Positions 54,701 through 61,664 of a stretch of 64,000 nucleotides of DNA are shown one piece after another (position 1 is the stretch's first letter; the number at the start of each line of letters is the position of its first letter). The notes beneath the pieces were generated by a model. The model did not search any database. It was not told where the DNA came from and worked only from the letters and a program-made list of their open reading frames with translations. The DNA is taken from positions 5,350 through 69,349 of the forward strand of contig CAKULV010000009.1 of the NCBI GenBank assembly GCA_934667425.1. The letters run 5' to 3'. The position numbers and the translations under genes are program-made. Source of the stretch: an uncultured Kiritimatiellota bacterium (GTDB taxonomy: Bacteria; Verrucomicrobiota; Kiritimatiellia; RFP12; UBA1067).

Positions 54701-57700
54701 CTCGCCTGCGAGCGCGTCTGGTACCAGAACGCCTTCTCGTCCGAACCGCCAAGGCGGATGGCGAGATCGCCGGCTTCGCCGGAGACTCCGGCGGCGAAAT
54801 TCGATTCGTCGTATTTCGGGAACGGCAGGAACTCCGCCGCGCGCAAAACCAGCGATTTCATCCGAAGGCACGGCATCTTCCCGTTCGCGTCTGCGTTCGG
54901 CATCCCGTAGAGGTCGTACGGCTTGGACGACGCACCGATCTTCAGGAACAGCCGAACCGTCTTGGCTTCGGTGTGGATGCGTCCGCGCTCTACGAATCTG
55001 AAATCGCCGCTCGACGGGAACATCAGTCCCGTCCAGCGACTGTCGACCACAGACTCCGGCAGCGTTTTCCCTTCCGCGTCAAGCTGCTGGACGCGCAACA
55101 TGAGCCGGCAGCTCGCCGGGGCCTCGTTTTCCAGTTCAGTCTCGAATCTCACGGAGCGCCCCGTGAGCCCAGGCGGCACGGCGATGTCGTACGTCGCCTC
55201 CGGCTCGCCCGGCGAACGGGCGGCGAACGTGAGCGCACCTCCATCCGCCTTGTCGATCTTCATCCTCGGGGTCGCGCTCCACTTTGCGGTGGACGCCAAG
55301 GCCCCGGCAAAGAGATTGTCGGTTCTGTCTGGATCGGCAACGGCGAGCGGCGCCTTCGAATCCGCCCTGCACACAAGCCCCGTAGTCCCCTGCGGCACCT
55401 TGAAGCGCAGGAACACGCATCCGTCCGTGCGCCCGGGAAGCGCCGTAACTTTCAACGGCGTTCTCCCTTTCCTGGAAAGCGCGCTGACCGCGAACCCGGA
55501 GCCGGGCGTCACCCCGGCGCGTGACACGAGCTTGTTGGTCGACACCTCAACCTCGTACGGGAGCGTCACGTCCCAACGACTGTTCCACTCCAGGGCGAAC
55601 TCCGGGGACGACCTGCCGCCCACCGCAGACTTGGCGCGTTTCTGCGTCTTCGCTGGAAAGGCAACGCATGTCCAGCACGTTGAGCTGTCCCAGGGGTATA
55701 CGGACATCTGGAGCAGAGCCGTCTCCTCGCCAGACTGGCTCGGATACTTCACGATCAGGCGGTTGCGCCCCGGTCTGGCGGGTATGTTCGCTGTCAAAGA
55801 CTTCAGCGGCAACCGCTCGCCGTTTAGGAAAGCGACGGCCCGCCGCGTCCAGTTCGGAGCCGTGCACCGCAATATGGTCACTGCATTGCTCGGCACGTCG
55901 AACTGCACAGCAGCCACCTCGTACGCCCGGTTCGCCCGTATGAGCCCCTGCTCATTTTCCGTGTACTGGCGCCGGCGCGGGGATGCATTGTACCATGCCG
56001 CCCCGGGGAAGGCGACGCACTCCCACCGATGACCGCCAAGGGCAGGCAATGCGCCTGTTCCGGCCGACGCGTCCAGCAACGTCGCTTCATCGGCGTCAAG
56101 CGCGTCCATAGGCCCGGCATGCCGGACGGCATCCACAAGGTTCGGCGCGACCTTCGCGTCGGGCGTCTCTGCGGTGGCCCACAGGCGCCTGCGCGTGCCG
56201 CCAAGAGTGAAGTCCACGGAAGCCGCATACGGCGACGCGCCTACGGGACGCGGAAGGTAGTGCGATCCGGCTCCGCACGAAAGCACTCGCGCTACAGTCT
56301 CGCCCGGCGCCACCCGGCCGATCCTGAACGTCTGCCGCCGCGTCATCCACTGCGGCGCAAGGTGCGCCACGCACCAGACATTCTCGATCGGCGCCTTGCC
56401 CCTGTTCGTGAACGAGACCCTGACCGTGCCGGACTTCAAGTCCGGCACAACCGAAAGGGACGCATCCGTAGACTTCCGCGACACCTCGCGCACGTCGTCT
56501 GCGATCCACGCGCCCGGCAAGGCGCAACCGAGATCCGCAAGCATCTGCACTACACGGCGCGAATACATCGCGCTGTACGATTTCTCAAGCGCCGCCTGAG
56601 GCGTCACGCACGGAGCGACGTTGCGCCCGGTCTTCACCTCCTCCGCGATCCTCGCGCCGAGAACCGTCCGGCACATCGCGTTCGCGGACATTCCCTCGAG
56701 GTCCGCAAGGTCGAAAGACGGCGCGTCCCGCCGCCCATCTTGCGCGGCCTCGTACTGGCGCACCTGCGGCGGCAATCCAAGGACTTCCCTCAGAGCGGAC
56801 GGGTCTTCGCGGACATCCTTTACGTCAAGCTCCGGCGCGTTTGTCGCGCCTACGGGCTTGTGGCGCAGCCTGCCGACGCGGATGTTCTCCGCAAAGAGCC
56901 TCCTCGGCGGCAGTTCGGCATCTCCTCGCACCTTCACCGCATACCCGGCCTCGCCGCACACTACGTTGCGCACAAAGATGTTCGATATCGCGGTCGGCCA
57001 CGTCTTCTCGGCCTTTTTCGTAAGCTCCTTCACGGGGTTGCCGTCGTAGTACATCTCGGTCTCGAACACGGCCTGGCTCGCGGACACGCCCTTTACGTTC
57101 TCCATCCACACGTTCTCCACGAACGCCCCGCGCTTGGAGTTCGTCTTCACGTAGAGGAATCGCCAGCACTCCGCCTCTACGGTGCAGTCCGTCATGTAGA
57201 TGTTCCGGATGCCGCCCGAGACTTCGCTTCCGATTGCGAGGAGCGTATGCCCATGAACCGCACGGCAATTGCGGATCACCACGTTCTGCGTGGGGATGTT
57301 GCGCTTGCGTCCCGACTCGTTGAACCCGCTCTTGATCGTATACGTGTCGTCCGTCTGGTCGAGCGAGCAGTTCTCTATCAACGCCCGGTTGCACGACTCG
57401 AGGTCGAGTCCGTCGGTGTTCGGTCCGGTGCAGACCGAATCGACGCCACGCATCACTATGTCCTCGCACACGCGGAAGTGCATCGTCCACGCGGGCGAGC
57501 CACGCACCTTCACGCCCTCAACGCGCACGTTCTTGCACCGCTCGAAGTGCATCACCTGCGGACGGGGGAAGCCCCTCTGCGGGTTGATCATGAAATTGTC
57601 ATGCCAGTACGCCACATCGCTCAGGATTGTGCCGTCGCCCATCACCGCGACATTCGTGCAGGAATTCGCCCCGATGAGGGCCTGGTGCGTCATCGTTGGC

Positions 57701-58101
57701 CTCCCGCTCGGCTGGAGCGGCGCGCGCATCACTATTACCGGATCGTCGGGGAAATGGAGCGTCGCCCCCTTCTCCACGACAAGCGCGACGTTGCCCTTGA
57801 GCCGGAACGCGCCCGAAAGCCATTCGCCGGGCGGCAGGACGACGCGTCCGCCGCCGGATTTCGCGGCGGCGTCGATGGCCGCCTCGATCGCCTCGGTGAC
57901 GGGCTTTCCGTCCTCCTTCGCCCCATATGCGGTAATGGGGAAGTCTCGCGCAGGCGGCGTCCATTCCGACACCGTAAGCGGGAAAGGCGCGCCCTCGACG
58001 ACGAGAGGCTTCACCTCGGCACGGACGCCAGAGGCCGCCATGCATAGGCAGGCGGACAGGAACAGGAAGCCAAAATACATCAGCGAATCTCTGCGAAGCA
58101 T
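51724..58101 (-). CDS. Giant (about 2125 aa) secreted multidomain protein: N-terminal GH28 beta-helix, LamG-like and transglutaminase-like segments, and long unassigned regions
   Basis: GH28 motifs PNTDGLDLE, QTDDTYTIKSG, GHTLLAIGSE and YVKTN. I prefer the ATG at 58099-58101 (MLRRDSLMYFGFLFLSACLCMAASGVRA), preceded by GAGGAG. The track start is 58119. Confidence 0.88.
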   Translation of the reverse strand: MLRRDSLMYFGFLFLSACLCMAASGVRAEVKPLVVEGAPFPLTVSEWTPPARDFPITAYGAKEDGKPVTEAIEAAIDAAAKSGGGRVVLPPGEWLSGAFRLKGNVALVVEKGATLHFPDDPVIVMRAPLQPSGRPTMTHQALIGANSCTNVAVMGDGTILSDVAYWHDNFMINPQRGFPRPQVMHFERCKNVRVEGVKVRGSPAWTMHFRVCEDIVMRGVDSVCTGPNTDGLDLESCNRALIENCSLDQTDDTYTIKSGFNESGRKRNIPTQNVVIRNCRAVHGHTLLAIGSEVSGGIRNIYMTDCTVEAECWRFLYVKTNSKRGAFVENVWMENVKGVSASQAVFETEMYYDGNPVKELTKKAEKTWPTAISNIFVRNVVCGEAGYAVKVRGDAELPPRRLFAENIRVGRLRHKPVGATNAPELDVKDVREDPSALREVLGLPPQVRQYEAAQDGRRDAPSFDLADLEGMSANAMCRTVLGARIAEEVKTGRNVAPCVTPQAALEKSYSAMYSRRVVQMLADLGCALPGAWIADDVREVSRKSTDASLSVVPDLKSGTVRVSFTNRGKAPIENVWCVAHLAPQWMTRRQTFRIGRVAPGETVARVLSCGAGSHYLPRPVGASPYAASVDFTLGGTRRRLWATAETPDAKVAPNLVDAVRHAGPMDALDADEATLLDASAGTGALPALGGHRWECVAFPGAAWYNASPRRRQYTENEQGLIRANRAYEVAAVQFDVPSNAVTILRCTAPNWTRRAVAFLNGERLPLKSLTANIPARPGRNRLIVKYPSQSGEETALLQMSVYPWDSSTCWTCVAFPAKTQKRAKSAVGGRSSPEFALEWNSRWDVTLPYEVEVSTNKLVSRAGVTPGSGFAVSALSRKGRTPLKVTALPGRTDGCVFLRFKVPQGTTGLVCRADSKAPLAVADPDRTDNLFAGALASTAKWSATPRMKIDKADGGALTFAARSPGEPEATYDIAVPPGLTGRSVRFETELENEAPASCRLMLRVQQLDAEGKTLPESVVDSRWTGLMFPSSGDFRFVERGRIHTEAKTVRLFLKIGASSKPYDLYGMPNADANGKMPCLRMKSLVLRAAEFLPFPKYDESNFAAGVSGEAGDLAIRLGGSDEKAFWYQTRSQASWAESVQLRDERRIFFPAGAGTVESWLKSDWKPTTYTDKGETKCRPIILFQCYQSYRAHMCIGGKGAMLELSYRPQPGKVDVVLRDRFNTVYKGSAAVKLPEGRWCHLAMQWAPGDVAEVFVDGRSALKLPVPKLKALDLADREIKYPNDEGGLEFYLGSNWLSARKLERIDPTRPFFEGAADLLRVSTGKRYGGDFKPAKSFGVDVDTRALFSFDDSFDGVSGGGIGWIPGTTRSLGAGREARDLRIGGKTVPYWPKGILPENDPAVALNGDNYPNLPTAADFEAARRPFRKVVLLKPGEAFEFDCPEKVTTDFVEISNESGTPLEYPIVLNAGDVDPRSYGDLADTLRLDALPERERADRLFGFVLSSMDYFMNHTAMFQPGSDKPRDVEYNAMYMFNGYCGFECGPLNNLAANLFVAVAKCPAVQTGGYGHSFQQVFYGGKNHIYDVSFRKFFPAMDNETAAGLDEADNECGIFPRLGIEPECFTRKSTRGHWVQTPDCVAKIGVTLNPGESFRVWQVNDGNCNDLVVRSKTGPYRGYESQYRPDATALCHADTEKVFLQRTERAFPQYLSGFIRYNGAPGAGNPAFTDAGADSFCYRVNGGGYPIVEAGYSAVRRDGTKAEIEISTDNGKTFRPLATPAGYAVRARYAYLVRVMAPIDDVAEFSASTEVQLNPRIFPGRLMAGGNRLTLKATSGVGARVTVQGRAPAGRISIPAAVSSGAVLGAETLFYAFDPAKRPTLDVIGASPSATVRTTGGLRATLSGGKLTLSADVSKGDARFCSATIVDGGAEKTLAVLVGTGVRFAAARDAEMTGGARRMEPDAMSPQVRGRLARANHGAEIAFKFDPLPAGKYAVLNLNRFMNADGPVPEMGLHDTQCIRMIWPGLKSTDAGSSHNLGCNYKRTRFGRPGGPANFKWDYPWHPGTSYPYPVIRVAEYPAADGIQFRSWSNTETAEIAAVLIVPDPSRDLRFELTKVLCGLNCDPWRIAEE

Positions 58102-58117
58102 AACTCTCCTCATAGGC

Positions 58118-58387
58118 ATTTACGATTTTTCGATTTACGATTTACGATTGCATTGGAGGATTTGCGATTTTTCGATTTACGATTGCATTTAGCCATTTAT
58201 AGATTTAATGATTTACCGTAGCGACGACGCCCTCGTCGTCGTGCGGCGATTTCATCGAAATCGCCCTACCAATGCGTTGCGCAAAGCTGATTCGTACAAG
58301 ATCGGTACCCCAAATACTTAAATCAACAAATGACTAAATGCAATCGTAAATCATAAATCGTAAATCGTAAATCTTGAATCATGAATA
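58118..58387. repeat. MITE-like composite element: AT-rich heptamer arms in inverted orientation flanking a GC-rich hairpin core
   Basis: Left arm 58118-58216: (ATTTACG)n-ATTGCATT twice, then agccatttatagatttaatgattt. Right arm 58311-58386 is its imperfect reverse complement, with a 19-nt perfect match gatttacgattgcatttag and about 85% identity over about 45 nt. It fills the whole gap between two giant genes. Confidence 0.8.
58217..58265. repeat. Two adjacent perfect hairpins; the first is a diverged copy of the 25.2-25.6 kb array unit
   Basis: cgtaGCGACGACGccctCGTCGTCGTgc (58217-58244), and GGCGATTTC-atc-GAAATCGCC (58245-58265). Confidence 0.85.
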
Positions 58388-61300
58388 CTACCTAACACTC
58401 AACGCCAGACCTGTCGGACGCACGCTTATCTTGCCGCCATTCGGGAAGTGCGACGCATAGCGCGTGAACGAGGCGCCCGAAGCGGCATTTCCGTACGTAC
58501 CGGCGGACAGCCTGTTGCCATCGTGATCGTATGCGGCGGCAAAGCCCTGGGATGCTCCCGCCGGAATGTCGATCTGCCAGGCATCGCCATCGGCGCCAAG
58601 GTGAAGCACGGCGTTCTTGCCGCTGAAATGGGTGCCGTTGACAAGCCTGAGCGTGCCGCTGCCCTTCACCGTCACGTTCGTGCCGTTGAGCCAAGTCCCC
58701 TCCCCGGCGAATTCAAGCGTCCCGGCGGACACCGCCAGATCTCCGCACGACTCGACAGCGTTCGTGACCGTAAGCGTACCATCGCCACATTGGTGCAGTC
58801 CAACCCCGCCCGTGATCTTGCCGGACACGTAGCGGTATCCTTCAGGATCCCCTTCGAGCCATCCCTCGAATATCTCCATCATTGCGGGATATTCGCCGGC
58901 CAGTTCGCCCTTCTTCAATACGGCAAGCTTCCGGCAACGCTGCGTTGTGGAGTGGAGGTCAAGCCTGAAGCTGTTCCCGCGGTTGTTCGCCACGCAGCTA
59001 TCCACGCTGCCGCCATCGCCGCCTATCTGCACGATGCCGTTCGTAATCACATGGTCTACCGCCGTCTCCACGACCATGTCGCCGGAGTTGTACAGGCTGT
59101 ACCCGAGGCACAGGTAGTTGAACGTGTTGTTCGGCACCTCGAATATGACGCGCCCCGGCCACGCCGGATTGAACCCGGCCGACTCCTGGCAATCCACGGG
59201 CACATTCCGTATGCGAAGCGTGCCGGGGCCGTACTTGCGGAACGAATGCGAGCCATAGAGACCTCCAGAGAGGATCAGTTCCGAGTCGGACTTGACCTCC
59301 ACGCCCTGATGCTCCCTAAGGCTGTAGCGCAGATACCCGGCAAACTCGTTCGTCGTGTTCGGAGCCGTCGTGATTGAGCGTCTTCCGATGGCGCTCTTTA
59401 CGAGCATGGATTTCTTGACGGTGGCGTTGTCAAGCCACAGGCCGTTGTTGACAAAAATGGTGTCGTTCACAAGTCCGCCCTGATTCAGGTTTAGGACTAT
59501 GGAATCAAGGCTGTCATCCCCAGGCTTGCCAGTGTAGACGCCATCCGGGTTGGAGAGCAGGCCGGACACGCGGACAAGGCTTGCCGTGACGGTGATCGAT
59601 CCGCCAAAATAGTTCGTTCCTTCGAAGCGTACGCTGCCCGTGGCGTTTGCGGCCTGCCCCCTGCCGTCCACGAATATGCTGTGGACTCCCATTTCATCGG
59701 AGGTTTCGTTCAGCGCATTCCTTATGACTAGCGTCTGGTTCGTATCGGCGTGGAACGTAAGCTGGGCGAGCACCCTAATCGGATTGTCTATCACGTAGGT
59801 GTGCGCCGTCGCAGCGGCATCGTTTGTCAGTGCGGAGATGCGCGGGCCGACCGCAATCGGGTGCGCCGGCTCGCTGCGCGAGAGAGTGAAGCCGGCCTCG
59901 CCATCCGCCGCCCTGAACAGCATCTCATGCACTGCGACATCGGAATCGACGGTCGCCGCCGCCCCGGACTTCGCGAACACGGCGGCAAACGTACCGTACT
60001 TTAGGTCGACCTGCGGATCGTCCCAGTTGCCGGCGTCCGCAAGCGATGCGGACTTGGCTCCAGTCCAGGCGACCTGGCTGGCCTCGCCACCAGAGACGAC
60101 GATCGAGCCACCCTTCAGGCTCGGCAGCGTCTCCGGCGTAAAGCATCCAATGGCGTATGTCCGGCCGTTCACGGTGAGGGACTTCACACTCAAGCCAGAG
60201 CCTTCCGGAAGAGACAGGCTCGCATTCTCCCCTATCGTGACGGTCTCAAGCGCAGACGTGAACGGGTTGACGGAAGCCTGCGACGCATCGAAGCTGCCGT
60301 TGACGGTCAATTCACGCACAGATGCCAGCGCGGGCTGCGCATTCGTTGAATTGCAAAGGAACGCCGCGCCGGAAGCGACCGTGACGGAGCGCGTTCCGCT
60401 GAACCGGGCCTTGCCCTTGATCTCAATGGTTCCGGCGCAGATCTCCGTCTTCCCCCTGAAGTTGCTGTCGTTGTGTTCGAACGTCTGCCTGAACGAACTG
60501 AAGTCTTTCGCGTCCAGCACAAGCGACATCGCACCCCTCAGCGGCGCATACGTCGTGAGGTCTTCCGCCCCGCCGATGATCGTCAAGGTGGCATCCTTTG
60601 AAGAAGTCACGCAATACGTGTTGTCATTCTTTCCGACGGAGCCGGACACGCACGCCTTGTCCCAGTGGGAGCCCGAACCGAAGACGTACTGGGAGAGGCC
60701 GGAAACGGTCTGGTCCAGTCCTGCCATGTCTACATGCGCAAAACCGGGAGTCGGACCCTCTCCCGTAAGCCGCCAGATCAACACTGCCCCTCCAAGCACG
60801 TTCGCGGCGCCGCAACGCACCTTGTTGTGGCATATCACGATCCGGGATATCGAGTTTGCGGGGTTGTTCAGCGCAAGCGTCCCGCCACCCGACCAGGCAT
60901 CGCCGCCGCTGACGAGACTTGCGGTAATCGGCCCGTTCGCGGTCATTGTACCATATAGATTAAGGTAGACATCTCCGACATCAAGCTTTCCCTCGAACAC
61001 GGTGGAAGGTCCGCCGTTCCCCGGGCTACCGATGTTGACCGGGTTGTGCCTCAGGCGGAAGGAGCGCGTTCCTGTCACATCTCCGGAAAGACGGGTGCTT
61101 TCGAAGAACACCACGTTATTCTTCCCGTCGCCGTTGCCATAGGCGACGCTACCATAGCCGACACCCGCATCGCCCGTGAACGAAAACGGATTGTCAAACG
61201 TCACGTATCCATCCGACGAGGCAGGCGCAACCTTGAAGTTTACGCACGCAGACACGCCCGAGACCGTGACGGCACCCGTCCCGAGGGCATTCTCGGATGC

Positions 61301-61552
61301 CACGCTCACCGTACCTTCAGATACCGCAACGCCGCCGGAGAAGTCGTTGCCGATCCCTGAAAGTGACAGGTCGCCGCCACCGGTCTTCAGTATCGAGCCG
61401 GAGCCGGTCACCTTGTCCGCGACCGTCTCGGTCGCGTCCTTGGGGACGGCATACTCGGTCTCACCCGTCAAGGTAATGTCCGCAACGGCTGCGGACAACG
61501 CCATGCACGTGAACGCGGCAAATAGATTTTTTTTTTCTTTTACGGTCATCAT
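58388..61552 (-). CDS. Giant secreted protein with autotransporter-associated beta-strand repeats (PATR), 1054 aa
   Basis: Signal peptide MMTVKEKKNLFAAFTCMALSAAVA. Gly/Thr/Ser/Asn-rich beta-helix-type repeats (GTLxL, GxGTLRL). AGGAGGGAAGAGG lies upstream. Confidence 0.88.
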   Translation of the reverse strand: MMTVKEKKNLFAAFTCMALSAAVADITLTGETEYAVPKDATETVADKVTGSGSILKTGGGDLSLSGIGNDFSGGVAVSEGTVSVASENALGTGAVTVSGVSACVNFKVAPASSDGYVTFDNPFSFTGDAGVGYGSVAYGNGDGKNNVVFFESTRLSGDVTGTRSFRLRHNPVNIGSPGNGGPSTVFEGKLDVGDVYLNLYGTMTANGPITASLVSGGDAWSGGGTLALNNPANSISRIVICHNKVRCGAANVLGGAVLIWRLTGEGPTPGFAHVDMAGLDQTVSGLSQYVFGSGSHWDKACVSGSVGKNDNTYCVTSSKDATLTIIGGAEDLTTYAPLRGAMSLVLDAKDFSSFRQTFEHNDSNFRGKTEICAGTIEIKGKARFSGTRSVTVASGAAFLCNSTNAQPALASVRELTVNGSFDASQASVNPFTSALETVTIGENASLSLPEGSGLSVKSLTVNGRTYAIGCFTPETLPSLKGGSIVVSGGEASQVAWTGAKSASLADAGNWDDPQVDLKYGTFAAVFAKSGAAATVDSDVAVHEMLFRAADGEAGFTLSRSEPAHPIAVGPRISALTNDAAATAHTYVIDNPIRVLAQLTFHADTNQTLVIRNALNETSDEMGVHSIFVDGRGQAANATGSVRFEGTNYFGGSITVTASLVRVSGLLSNPDGVYTGKPGDDSLDSIVLNLNQGGLVNDTIFVNNGLWLDNATVKKSMLVKSAIGRRSITTAPNTTNEFAGYLRYSLREHQGVEVKSDSELILSGGLYGSHSFRKYGPGTLRIRNVPVDCQESAGFNPAWPGRVIFEVPNNTFNYLCLGYSLYNSGDMVVETAVDHVITNGIVQIGGDGGSVDSCVANNRGNSFRLDLHSTTQRCRKLAVLKKGELAGEYPAMMEIFEGWLEGDPEGYRYVSGKITGGVGLHQCGDGTLTVTNAVESCGDLAVSAGTLEFAGEGTWLNGTNVTVKGSGTLRLVNGTHFSGKNAVLHLGADGDAWQIDIPAGASQGFAAAYDHDGNRLSAGTYGNAASGASFTRYASHFPNGGKISVRPTGLALSVR

Positions 61553-61588
61553 GTCCTCTTCCCTCCTATTGCGTCTTGAAATGCGGCA

Positions 61589-61616
61589 ATTATATTTGTT
61601 TTTTTTTTGTTGTCAA
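61589..61616 (-). promoter_or_regulatory. Consensus sigma70 promoter TTGACA-N16-TATAAT with an A10 tract in the spacer
   Basis: Minus strand: TTGACA (61611-61616), spacer acaaaaaaaaaacaaa, then TATAAT (61589-61594). About 36 nt separate it from the ATG at 61552. Confidence 0.7.
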
Positions 61617-61664
61617 GCCAACGCATTACGCACAAAACTATCTTGGGTCTAAAGCGTTGGGTTC

